This document shows positions 35,924-45,384 of a stretch of 64,000 nucleotides of DNA, piece after piece; positions within the stretch are counted from its first letter, which is position 1; each line of letters begins with the position of its first letter. Origin of the DNA: an uncultured Methanosarcinales archaeon (GTDB taxonomy: Archaea > Nanobdellota > Nanobdellia > Woesearchaeales > GW2011-AR9); the NCBI GenBank assembly GCA_964498285.1, contig CAZCGN010000001.1:444681-508680 (forward strand), given 5' to 3'. The notes under the pieces were generated by a model, which saw only the letters and a list, made by a program, of their open reading frames with translations, was not told where the DNA came from and searched no databases. The position numbers and the translations under genes are program-made.

Positions 35924-38053
35924 ATGTGCGGAATAATTGGCATTTGTAATCATGTACAAGCATCAGAAAAAGTTCTTGCAGCGCTTGCACTTCTAAACAA
36001 TAGGGGAAAAGATGGTGTCGGTATTGCAACCACAAAAGAAGTTCAACATGCAAAAAATCTTACAGAGCTAAGAGTACCTTCAGAATCAACAGTATTTGGT
36101 CATACTCTTCATAGTGTTGTAGGGCACGTAGCACAACCACTTAAAGATGAAATGTCTGGAGCTATTCTTGTTGCTAATTGTGAAATTTATAACTGGCAAG
36201 AACTCAATGAGAAATATAAGGCGGGTGCACGTAATGATGCAGACTTTTTGTTATGGTTCCTCACATCATTTAGCACAGAAAAATTAGATATTTTAGATGG
36301 TGTATACGCATTTTCCTATCTTAAAGATAATGTTCTTACCATCGCACGCGATAGTATTGGTGTTAAACCTCTCTTTTATTCTCATACAACAGATTCTTTT
36401 GCTTTTGCCTCGGAAAAAAAGGTCTTAGAACACGTTGGATATCTTGATATTAAAGAACTTAATCCCCGGCAAATATTGTTCTATGATCTTACTACACACA
36501 AAATCATGCTAGAGAAAAGAGATTTTTTTAGGGAAAAACCATTGCATAAACAGAGCAAAGAAGAAATTCAATCAAAACTTTCCAAACTGTTGTTCAATGC
36601 AATACAAAAACGTATCCCTTCAAATGAGAATAAAGTTGGTCTTCTCTTCTCTGGCGGGATAGATTCGACGTTCATTGCACACACACTTCAAAAGCTGGGT
36701 GCTAATTTCACTTGCTACACAACTGTTCTTGAAACGAGTACCGCAATTCCAGAAGATTTAACGTATGCAACGAAAGTAGCACAAGAACTTGGCCTACAGC
36801 TTCGAATTAAAAAGCTTTCTTTAGAGGAAGTAGAAGAAGGTCTCAAAAAGGTAGTCCCCTTAATTGAAGACACTAATGTTGTTAAGGCCGGGGTTGGACT
36901 CACTTTTTATGCTGCTGCCAAAATGGCTCAGGAAGATGGCTGCAAGGTGCTCTTTTCCGGATTAGGATCTGAAGAAATTTTTGCAGGGTACGAGCGACAC
37001 AAAAAATCGGGTAATATCAATATGGAATGTATCTCGGGTCTTCGTAAAATGTATGAGAGAGACTTATACCGTGATGATGTTATTAGTATGGATAATTCTG
37101 TTGAGATGAGGCTTCCGTTCTTAGATAAAGAATTAGTGTCATTTGCACTCAAAATACCAGAAGAATATAAAATTGTGAATGGAGTGGGTAAATACATATT
37201 ACGTGAAATTGCGCTTGCGCAAGGGATTTTGCAAGAGTTTGCGCTGCGCCCTAAAAAAGCAGCACAATACGGATCACGTATTGATAACGCGCTCGGACGT
37301 TTGGCCAAAAAAGGAGGGTTCAAGTACAAATCAAACTATCTTCGCCAATTTTATCCAACACACAACTTGAGGTTGGGCGCGCTGTTTAGTTCAGGCAAAG
37401 ATTCAAATTATGCAGCGTACATTATGCATGCACAGAATTATGAGATTAGCTGCCTTATAACACTTCTTTCGCAAAATCCCGATTCGTACATGTTCCAATC
37501 AGCGGGTCTCGAGATTATTGAGCTTGCAGCAGAAGCTCTTAGCATTCCTTTAGTTACTCATACAACAAAAGGCTACAAAGAAGAAGAGCTCAAAGATTTG
37601 CATGATGCAATTGCAAAAGCAAAAAAGGAACATAAGCTTGATGGGATTGTTACTGGCGCGATGTTTTCAGTGTATCAGCGTGAACGAATTGAGAAGATAT
37701 GTGATTCTTTAGGATTGAAAATTTTCTCGCCACTTTGGCATAAGGATCAAGCTCAAGAAATGCGCGAGTTGATTTTGTTAGGATTCAATTTTATCCTAAT
37801 TAAGATTGCAGCTCAAGGGCTTGATGCAAGTTGGCTTGGGCGAAGAATAACATCTGAAGATGTGGAAAGGTTAGTTGAGCTTAATGAGAAAATGGGGTTT
37901 AACTGCGCAGGTGAAGGGGGCGAGTTTGAATCATTAGTATTAGATGGTCCGATGCATAAAAAGCAGCTTACACTAGATCAAGTAAAAGTAGTAAAGGAAA
38001 GTGAGTATTGCGCGCAGCTTACAATTCAAAGGGCTCACTGCGAAGAGAAGTAA
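35924..38053 (+). CDS. Asparagine synthetase B (GATase-II + synthetase) fused to diphthine--ammonia ligase (Dph6/DUF71)
   Basis: AsnB part: MCGIIG (Cys1), RG.D, NCEIYN, RD.IGVKPL, SGGIDS, SG.GSEE.F.GY, RLPFLD. Dph6 part: LFSSGKDS, SYMFQ, YQRERIE, PLW, GEGGEFES. Confidence 0.9.
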   Translation: MCGIIGICNHVQASEKVLAALALLNNRGKDGVGIATTKEVQHAKNLTELRVPSESTVFGHTLHSVVGHVAQPLKDEMSGAILVANCEIYNWQELNEKYKAGARNDADFLLWFLTSFSTEKLDILDGVYAFSYLKDNVLTIARDSIGVKPLFYSHTTDSFAFASEKKVLEHVGYLDIKELNPRQILFYDLTTHKIMLEKRDFFREKPLHKQSKEEIQSKLSKLLFNAIQKRIPSNENKVGLLFSGGIDSTFIAHTLQKLGANFTCYTTVLETSTAIPEDLTYATKVAQELGLQLRIKKLSLEEVEEGLKKVVPLIEDTNVVKAGVGLTFYAAAKMAQEDGCKVLFSGLGSEEIFAGYERHKKSGNINMECISGLRKMYERDLYRDDVISMDNSVEMRLPFLDKELVSFALKIPEEYKIVNGVGKYILREIALAQGILQEFALRPKKAAQYGSRIDNALGRLAKKGGFKYKSNYLRQFYPTHNLRLGALFSSGKDSNYAAYIMHAQNYEISCLITLLSQNPDSYMFQSAGLEIIELAAEALSIPLVTHTTKGYKEEELKDLHDAIAKAKKEHKLDGIVTGAMFSVYQRERIEKICDSLGLKIFSPLWHKDQAQEMRELILLGFNFILIKIAAQGLDASWLGRRITSEDVERLVELNEKMGFNCAGEGGEFESLVLDGPMHKKQLTLDQVKVVKESEYCAQLTIQRAHCEEK

Positions 38054-39683
38054 GCGAGTTTGTACTATTCAGAGAATATTTTAGAGCAGCTTTCACAAGT
38101 CCTAAAAATAAAGGTGCTGGTGTGAGTAATGAGCTTTTCAGTTCCGGATGGCCTTGTGTTGCAATAAAATAAGGATGGTTTTGGACTTCAACAAACTCTG
38201 CAAGATTTCTTCCTTCATACAGCCCAGAAAGGACAAGACCTTTTTCTCGAAAGATAGTATGATATTGCGGATTAATTTCATATCTGTGCCTGTGCCTTTC
38301 AGAAACAGTCGTTGAGCCATATAACTGGTGTGCTAAGGAATTTTCTTCTAATGTTGCGGTATACGCACCAAGTCGCATGGTACCTCCTTTTGTTGCAATC
38401 TCTTTTTGTTCTGGTAGAATGTCAACAACTGGGTGTGGTGTTGATGGGTTAATCTCGGTACTATTTGCATTATGGAGTGCACACACATTACGTGCAAATT
38501 CTGCAACCATCAGTTGCATCCCTAAGCAAATGCCTAAAAGGGGGACGTTATTTTCTCGAGCGTACTTGATAATTTCTAATTTACCTTCCGTTCCACGCGA
38601 ACCAAACCCACCTGGAATAATGATTCCTGAAATTCCTTTGAGTGCATCTTCTGGTAGGATGGTTCCTTTTTCAATTTCAGTAGTTTCAATGAATTGAAGT
38701 TTGATTTTTGATTTGGTATGCGCGCTACAATGCAGAAGTGCTTCGTTAATACTTGCATAACTATCTTCGAGCTTAGTATATTTGCCACAGATAGCAATAG
38801 TAATTTCTTGTTCTGGCATCTCAAGATTTTTGAGTAAAGAGCCCCACAGATCTTCGCTTTGAGGGATTGTAATCCCTAAATTTTTCTCTAAGATAGTTAA
38901 AATGCCTTGCTCTCGAAGTGTTGCGGGAAGTTTATACACATAATTAACGTCAAGGCCTGTAAGAACTGCATCCGGATTTAGGTCAGAGAAGAGCGCAATT
39001 TTTTGTTTTATTTTTTCTGTTAAGTATTCAGCGCATCGCCCAATGATTATATCTGGCTGAATACCGCGTTGTTGAAGCTGATTAATACTTTGTTGTGTTG
39101 GTTTTGATTTCTGTTCATTCACACCGTACGGAATTGGAACATATGTTAAATGAACATAACAAATGTTATGTTCTCCAACTTCTCGCTTGAGTTGCCGAAC
39201 AGCTTCAATATATAGTTCATTTTCAATATCACCAACAGTTCCTCCAACTTCAATTAAGACAATATCTGCGTTTTCACGATCCGCAATTTCGAAAAATTTT
39301 CCCTTAATAAAATTCACAACATGAGGGATGTATTGCACAGTTTTTCCAAGATAATCTCCTCGCCTTTCTTTTGTTCTCACACCCTGAAAGACCTTACCCA
39401 TGGTAAGGTTCTGCTCTTTTTTACACGTAGTGTTAAGAAACCTTTCATAGTGCCCAAAATCCATGTCAACTTCGGCACCGTCATCTAAAACGAACACTTC
39501 TCCGTGTTCGATAGGGTTCATGGTCCCAGGATCAACGTTCAAATATCCATCAAGTTTTATGGGAACAACCTTGTATAGGGATGAGAGAAGATGTCCGATT
39601 GAAGCTCCTGCAATGCCTTTTCCAAGCCCTGAGAGCACTCCGCCCGTCACAACAATAAATTTGCGGGGCATTGATCGGTGCAT
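38019..39683 (-). CDS. pyrG: CTP synthase
   Basis: TGGVLSGLGKG, DPGTMNP.EHGEV, GGTVGDIE, PGGFG.RG, GICLGMQ, ERHRHRYE and HPE. Confidence 0.98.
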   Translation of the reverse strand: MHRSMPRKFIVVTGGVLSGLGKGIAGASIGHLLSSLYKVVPIKLDGYLNVDPGTMNPIEHGEVFVLDDGAEVDMDFGHYERFLNTTCKKEQNLTMGKVFQGVRTKERRGDYLGKTVQYIPHVVNFIKGKFFEIADRENADIVLIEVGGTVGDIENELYIEAVRQLKREVGEHNICYVHLTYVPIPYGVNEQKSKPTQQSINQLQQRGIQPDIIIGRCAEYLTEKIKQKIALFSDLNPDAVLTGLDVNYVYKLPATLREQGILTILEKNLGITIPQSEDLWGSLLKNLEMPEQEITIAICGKYTKLEDSYASINEALLHCSAHTKSKIKLQFIETTEIEKGTILPEDALKGISGIIIPGGFGSRGTEGKLEIIKYARENNVPLLGICLGMQLMVAEFARNVCALHNANSTEINPSTPHPVVDILPEQKEIATKGGTMRLGAYTATLEENSLAHQLYGSTTVSERHRHRYEINPQYHTIFREKGLVLSGLYEGRNLAEFVEVQNHPYFIATQGHPELKSSLLTPAPLFLGLVKAALKYSLNSTNSLTSLRSEPFEL

Positions 39684-39778
39684 TTATTTTTTAGGAGACC
39701 ACTCCTATATAAAAATTCAGCACACTTGCCCGATGACAACAACTAAACTTTTATTAATCTCTTAATTATCTTTTTTCT

Positions 39779-40243
39779 ATGTTACAAAAAATAACTATTC
39801 TATTAGTCCTTTCACTGTTTCTTTTTAGCCTTGGGTGTTCTGCGCAAGAAGCGCCAATTGTTGAAGATTTGCTAGTTAACCCAAATCCGGTGGAAGAAGA
39901 GGCAGAAGATCTTTTCATTGACGATGAGCCTGAAACTCCTTTTGTGGGTGAAGTTCAAGATCTCCCTTCTGTTCGCGAAATTTTGATGATTGCACAGAAA
40001 TACGAATTTATTCCAGAAACGGTTACTGTTCAGGAAGGAGAACGAGTCAGGTTAGTAATTGAAAGTACTGATGTTGATCATGGCATTTCTATTCCGGCGT
40101 TTGGTATTAATGAGAATTTAGAAGCAGGTAAAACAACCACTTTTGAGTTCGTAGCTGATACCAAGGGTGAATTTCCAATGATTTGCTCCATATTTTGTGG
40201 AACTGGCCATGGCTCTATGCGTGGAACGTTGGTTGTTGAGTGA
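39779..40243 (+). CDS. Exported cupredoxin with CuA-type motif
   Basis: Signal/lipobox-like LFSLGC, then DVDH...CSIFCGTGHGSM. Confidence 0.85.
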   Translation: MLQKITILLVLSLFLFSLGCSAQEAPIVEDLLVNPNPVEEEAEDLFIDDEPETPFVGEVQDLPSVREILMIAQKYEFIPETVTVQEGERVRLVIESTDVDHGISIPAFGINENLEAGKTTTFEFVADTKGEFPMICSIFCGTGHGSMRGTLVVE

Positions 40244-40290
40244 GGGTTATTTTGAAAAAGATTATATAGCCTTATTCCAGCTATCTGATC

Positions 40291-40722
40291 ATGGGCAATA
40301 TATCTACGGCTAGAAAGGGAGACTTTCAAGCAATTTTCTCCCTGATTAAGGAGTTGCACCCAAACACCAGGTTTTCACGAAAGAAAGTTGAAGAATTATA
40401 TTTCAAAAATGTAAGAAATAAAAATTCTATGGAGCTTATTCTTTCTGTAGATGCCCAAATCATTGGTTTTGCTGCGATCTCCTTTAGGAACGACATTCAA
40501 ACACAAGCAAAAATCGGGTATCTTTCTGAACTAATTGTTACAAAAGCAATGAGGGGTAAGGGTTATGGCACAAAACTTCTTAAACAAGCTATCAAGAAAG
40601 CGAAAGGCCATGGTTGCAAAGAGATTCATTTTCCTTCAACCTTTAAACGAAAAAAAGCGCACAAATTTTACCAATCGTTGGGATTCAAAAAAACCGCGTA
40701 CTTTTTCTGGAAAGAAATTTAA
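40291..40722 (+). CDS. GNAT acetyltransferase
   Basis: ELIV....RGKGYG and AHKFYQSLGF. Confidence 0.9.
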   Translation: MGNISTARKGDFQAIFSLIKELHPNTRFSRKKVEELYFKNVRNKNSMELILSVDAQIIGFAAISFRNDIQTQAKIGYLSELIVTKAMRGKGYGTKLLKQAIKKAKGHGCKEIHFPSTFKRKKAHKFYQSLGFKKTAYFFWKEI

Positions 40723-40744
40723 AATAAAAAACAAAAAAGAAATT

Positions 40745-41578
40745 CTAGCTCAACTGGGCATCGATAGCTTGCGCGAATACGCTAAACGGTTGCGCGCCTG
40801 AAATAAGCTCGCCGTTCACTAAAAATCCAGGTGTTCCACGAACACCAAGCCGTTGTCCATCGCTAAAGTCGGACTGAACTTCTTGTGCTTGAGCGCCGCT
40901 ATCTAAACAAGTGTTGAACGCTGTAGTATCTAGGCCTAAGTCTGATGCCATTTGTTTAAATGATGCAACTCCTCCAGTAACTCCCCTTTCAAAAAGCATA
41001 TCGTGCATTTCATAGAACATATCTTGTTCTCCTGCGCATTCTGCAGCTTCAGCAGCTTTCTGAGCGTTTTGATGAAAACTTAGTGGAAAATCTCTAAAAA
41101 CAATTTTTGCTTTTCCTGTATCTACATATTGTTCTACAATTTGATTGTAGGTTTGCGAATAAAACCGTGCACAAAATGGACATTCAAAATCGCTAAACTC
41201 AACAATGGTCACTGGCGCGTTCGGATCTCCTTTAATATGGTCATCTTCATCATACGTTGATTCAACAGGCAAGGCTGCCGCGCTTGGTGCTGCTACTGCT
41301 GCTCCAGTTGGAGCCGCTGCTGTAGGCACATCAACTGCTGTGCCTCCTTTTGTTACGCTTACATCAAGATCGTAGTTTGCAAACAATGAAATTACGAGTA
41401 ATACTGCTAACACAAACGTAGCGTTTCGCCAAACCGTTGGTTTAATTTCTCGCTTTGCTTTTGTCGCAGGTTTTGCATGCGTTTTATGTTCAGTGTGTTT
41501 TGGTGCGTGATCTTGCACTTTATGTACATGTTCATGAGTTTTCTCATGAAATCCAGAATGAGTATTTTCCCCTTCCAC
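40745..41578 (-). CDS. Membrane-anchored DsbA-family thioredoxin
   Basis: EFSDFECPFC, RDFPL and GTP, with a His-rich N-terminus and one TM. The likely start is GTG 41578 after a GGAGG SD. Confidence 0.88.
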   Translation of the reverse strand: MEGENTHSGFHEKTHEHVHKVQDHAPKHTEHKTHAKPATKAKREIKPTVWRNATFVLAVLLVISLFANYDLDVSVTKGGTAVDVPTAAAPTGAAVAAPSAAALPVESTYDEDDHIKGDPNAPVTIVEFSDFECPFCARFYSQTYNQIVEQYVDTGKAKIVFRDFPLSFHQNAQKAAEAAECAGEQDMFYEMHDMLFERGVTGGVASFKQMASDLGLDTTAFNTCLDSGAQAQEVQSDFSDGQRLGVRGTPGFLVNGELISGAQPFSVFAQAIDAQLS

Positions 41579-41672
41579 TTCTCTCTCCTCCTCAAAATTA
41601 TTGATTATCTTCAATCCAAGCCCCTTTGCATTTAAAGCTTTTCGTTTTCGCACACTATAGGTGGCTGTATCA

Positions 41673-43454
41673 TCAAAATTCTGTTTTGTGATAGACCACA
41701 TAACAGGGGATAGAATTTTTCACTTGGACTAATGAAATGAGCCGTTTTTTGAGTTCATCCTCAGAAATTGTTTCTTCTAATTTTACATCATATGCAATAT
41801 CTTCATATGCAACTTCCTTAAAAAAGGCAGAATTGGGCGAAATAGTTTCAAGGGGAGCTGTAGAATCGTTTTCAGGGTCGAGCAAGATGTCTCCTTTCAT
41901 TCGATCAATAAGAACGTTGAACCTCGTTCCGTTTTTTTCACATTCTACAAAAAGTGCAGGAATAAGATACGTTGTAATTTTTGTAATTTCTCTATCTGCA
42001 ATAAGCTGAATTTCTTTAATGCTTAACTTTGGTTTGATAAGTGCAAGAAGGCTCTCTTTTGTTGCTTGCTCCACAATATTCTCTTCTTCTTCTATCATTT
42101 GTACAGCAACGCCACCATGTTTTGTTCGTCTTTCTCTAATATTTACCACAAGAGGCCTGTCAACAACACCACACACAAGGGCTGAGCCAACCGGCAAATG
42201 CTGAATTTCTTCTAATGATTCTTGGGTGATACCTTCAACCGAGTTTCCAATCATTCGTAGATCGTTAGGGTTTGTAATTTTCATAATAATCTGTGATGAA
42301 CACTGTGCAAGAACTGTTTTTTGTACAAGAGCTGGACGTTGCGAGACAACACATAAGCCAACTCCAAATTTCCTTCCTTCTGATGAGATTAATCTGATAA
42401 CGTGAGAACTTTTTGCTGAGCCAAACCCTTTTTCAGGAACAAAATTGTGCGCTTCTTCGATAATACAAAAGAATGGGGGAATTTTCCCTCGTTTACGGGC
42501 AAGAAATAAGTCGTAGAGAAGCTTTCCTACAACCATTGATTGAACGTTGGGCTCCATGCCTTTAAGGTTCAGAATTGAACATTTTTGTGATGAAATCAAT
42601 TCTTGTAAAGGAGTAGGATTTTGTGAGAACAACTCCAACCCTTTCATGTGCCGAATCATATCTAATAAAGCCCATTTATGCTGTGAGTTAAGTTGCTCCA
42701 GGCCAATTGCAATATTGTCAAATGTGATTGGGTCAACATCTTTAAGAACTGAGAAAAGAAGTCCTTCTTGTGTTGATGAAAGTGATAAGGGAAGCCATTT
42801 CATAAGTTCATAGCTATTCATACTTTCAGTAAGTTTGATTGGGGTGAGGTCTTTGCACGATGTTGGATCTCCATATTCTTTGATTTGAGGCGCATATCCT
42901 TTAGCAGTAATGTTCCAGTGTGCAAGATTCTCTTGCGATTGCTCTGTTGGGAATTTTAAAGAAGAATATTCTCCGTGTGGATCAATAATTAAAATTGGAA
43001 CACCTTTCTCGAGTATTTCTTCAATAAGAACGCCAACCGTATAACTTTTACCTGCACCTGATTTTGCTAAAATAGAGATATGTTTTGTAAGCAACTTTTG
43101 TAAATCAATATGAATCGGGATTGATCTTCCTTGCAGAGTTCCAATGTATGCACTTTGAGAGTTAAGTTCAATAATAGATTTGATGAATTCATCTTCTGCG
43201 CTGAGAACTTCTGACCCGATCGCAAAGGGTGTCCTAATACTTTGTAACCTGTTATTCTCATCTTTGTAGCCAATAACGTTGCACTGTGCTATGGTCTCTT
43301 CTTGCGTTCTTACTAATTCTAGGATTTGACAGAGAACAAACCCGTAATCGGGGTGTTGGAGTTGAATGAATGCAAATTTTTGCGTTTGCTTGTGTGTTAC
43401 AAGGAACGTAAATCTTGTAGTGGTTACTTTACCTACAACTTTTCCTAGAATCAT
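41673..43454 (-). CDS. HerA/FtsK-family ATPase (HAS barrel + DUF87)
   Basis: N-terminal LGKVVG barrel, AKSGAGKS, DPHGEY, EEAH, EGRKFG and SQRP. Confidence 0.9.
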   Translation of the reverse strand: MILGKVVGKVTTTRFTFLVTHKQTQKFAFIQLQHPDYGFVLCQILELVRTQEETIAQCNVIGYKDENNRLQSIRTPFAIGSEVLSAEDEFIKSIIELNSQSAYIGTLQGRSIPIHIDLQKLLTKHISILAKSGAGKSYTVGVLIEEILEKGVPILIIDPHGEYSSLKFPTEQSQENLAHWNITAKGYAPQIKEYGDPTSCKDLTPIKLTESMNSYELMKWLPLSLSSTQEGLLFSVLKDVDPITFDNIAIGLEQLNSQHKWALLDMIRHMKGLELFSQNPTPLQELISSQKCSILNLKGMEPNVQSMVVGKLLYDLFLARKRGKIPPFFCIIEEAHNFVPEKGFGSAKSSHVIRLISSEGRKFGVGLCVVSQRPALVQKTVLAQCSSQIIMKITNPNDLRMIGNSVEGITQESLEEIQHLPVGSALVCGVVDRPLVVNIRERRTKHGGVAVQMIEEEENIVEQATKESLLALIKPKLSIKEIQLIADREITKITTYLIPALFVECEKNGTRFNVLIDRMKGDILLDPENDSTAPLETISPNSAFFKEVAYEDIAYDVKLEETISEDELKKRLISLVQVKNSIPCYVVYHKTEF

Positions 43455-43495
43455 GCTATTTTGATTTGTTTTGTATTTATTACAATTCGTATGCT

Positions 43496-43702
43496 TCAGA
43501 AGACATTAAAGAGAATATCGAGGCGGTATAACGCAAACCCGAGCCATAGAACTAGGATAAGATAGAACAAACCAAACCATTTGTTTACAGGAAAAATGTT
43601 GCTGAGCCAGTGGGTTTTCTTTTTGGGCATGTAGCAGAATATGTTATAGATTATGCTATCAGCTAAGATAAGCCACCAAAGTATTGCTTCAACAAGGAAC
43701 AT
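43496..43702 (-). CDS. Small two-TM membrane protein
   Basis: 68 aa with two hydrophobic helices. Confidence 0.6.
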   Translation of the reverse strand: MFLVEAILWWLILADSIIYNIFCYMPKKKTHWLSNIFPVNKWFGLFYLILVLWLGFALYRLDILFNVF

Positions 43703-43819
43703 TACTTAAAGGATAATAGTGTGGGAATAAAAGGTTTTTGGTCGAATAAAAGCTAGATCCCTGGATAGTAGTAATCCAGGCAAGATATCTTTAAAAGAAT
43801 GGTTTTGTATGATTTTTCT

Positions 43820-45379
43820 ATGACTGATTGGGATGAGCGAAGAAGATCCAACGAGCTTAATTTAGGTGATAACTCAGATTACCAATTTCCAGCAGTTATG
43901 CTCGATTTGATAGATACCGCAGAAATGCAGCGGATGCGGGATGTAAGACAATTGGGTTTTGTTCCGTGGACTTACCCTGGTTCGACCCATACTAGGTTTG
44001 TACACTCAATTGGAACATGCAGGGATACTGGTCTTACTTTAGACCAGCTTGCTGACAATGGGTTTACTCAGGCAGAACAGTTCAGGCTTGCTCTTGGTGC
44101 TGCAGGTCTTTTTCACGATGTAGGACAATTCCCACTTTCTCATGGACTAGACCAATTGATTGGACCCCTCCTAGGTTTTTCTCACGAACAGATAAGTGCA
44201 GACCTTGTAGCAGGGGATTACTCACTTCGCGAGTTTCTAGAATCTCTGCCAAGTTCAATCATGAGTGAAGATATGAGGCGGGCTCAATTGGAAGTTCTGA
44301 GACGAGTGCCTCTTCCTGCAGAAGTTCTTACCCGCCATGGCGTTCCGCCAGAATTAGTTGCACAAATAATTGATGGCGCCAGAGCTGAGCGAAAGAGTGT
44401 TCCAGATGCCATTGGCAAGAATCATTTCCTAAGACAACTGCTTGACGGAGCAGTTTTTGATGTTGATAAAGGAGAATACTTAGTTCGTGATCCACAAATG
44501 ACTGGAGTTCATGAGACTGGTTTCAGCCTTGGTCGTATTGTTTCAAATTTAGGAATAGTAGATTTTGAAGGAGGTTTACATCTTGCAATTGAAAGAGGAG
44601 GTCTTGAAGCACTTGAACATCTTGTTGCAACACGAAAGAAGATGTATCCAACAGTCTATACACACAGAACTGTTGTGGAACATGAAGCAATGTTCTACGA
44701 AGCGATAAAACGCTTTATTAAATCAATGCACGGTGAAGGGAATGGCGAGTTTGCAAGAAGAGTGTATCTACTCAATGATTCTCAATTTGAAGCATATTTG
44801 GCGCAAGGCAAGGATCCAGTTGCAACGCGCCTATATGTTACAGCTAAGTACGATAGACGAAACCGTCATAGGATTGTATATGGGACAGAAGCAAAAACGA
44901 TCCCTTCGATGCTAGATTCGGTAGATCACAAAGAACTCGCTCTACTTCAGAAACTAGGTGAAATCGGCGGAGATTTTCCAGAGGATACAATTCGAGATGA
45001 AATCCTCAAAAGAGCAAATGCTGGAAGAGGTAAAGCAAACAAGCTTGAAGATCATGATGTTATTGTGTATAATCGTGTTTCAAAGGGTCTGAGAACCCGT
45101 GCAGACTTTTTACGAAAGTTTGATATTCGCGTGTTTAGTGGGCGAAGGTTGCGTGGCGATACTCCAAGGTCTAAGTATGAATCACAAGGGCCAGTAGTCT
45201 ACAACGCACGCGATTTTGTTGGGGGAAAAGATGACTTTCACGATGAACATCTCGATAGACTTTTTAGAACGTTCACGGGCCACGAAGTTTCGTATTACTT
45301 TGCCGTTCTTACACCAAAGGAAAATAGAGAAAGAGTACAGAGAGCCACTCAAGATTATGTGGCTGATCTGTTAAAATGA
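43820..45379 (+). CDS. SAMHD1/dGTPase-like HD-domain phosphohydrolase (divergent)
   Basis: QRMR..RQLG..YPGSTHTRFVHSIG, HDVG..PLSH, HE, DVDK..Y..RD and VYTH. ATG 43820 fits TATA spacing better than 43799. Confidence 0.88.
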   Translation: MTDWDERRRSNELNLGDNSDYQFPAVMLDLIDTAEMQRMRDVRQLGFVPWTYPGSTHTRFVHSIGTCRDTGLTLDQLADNGFTQAEQFRLALGAAGLFHDVGQFPLSHGLDQLIGPLLGFSHEQISADLVAGDYSLREFLESLPSSIMSEDMRRAQLEVLRRVPLPAEVLTRHGVPPELVAQIIDGARAERKSVPDAIGKNHFLRQLLDGAVFDVDKGEYLVRDPQMTGVHETGFSLGRIVSNLGIVDFEGGLHLAIERGGLEALEHLVATRKKMYPTVYTHRTVVEHEAMFYEAIKRFIKSMHGEGNGEFARRVYLLNDSQFEAYLAQGKDPVATRLYVTAKYDRRNRHRIVYGTEAKTIPSMLDSVDHKELALLQKLGEIGGDFPEDTIRDEILKRANAGRGKANKLEDHDVIVYNRVSKGLRTRADFLRKFDIRVFSGRRLRGDTPRSKYESQGPVVYNARDFVGGKDDFHDEHLDRLFRTFTGHEVSYYFAVLTPKENRERVQRATQDYVADLLK

Positions 45380-45384
45380 AAAAA

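Noticed and set aside
41579..41701. N-terminal extension of DsbA overlapping the HerA-like gene
   Set aside because: A GGAGG SD and GTG at 41578 give a better start, and the extension spans the promoter.
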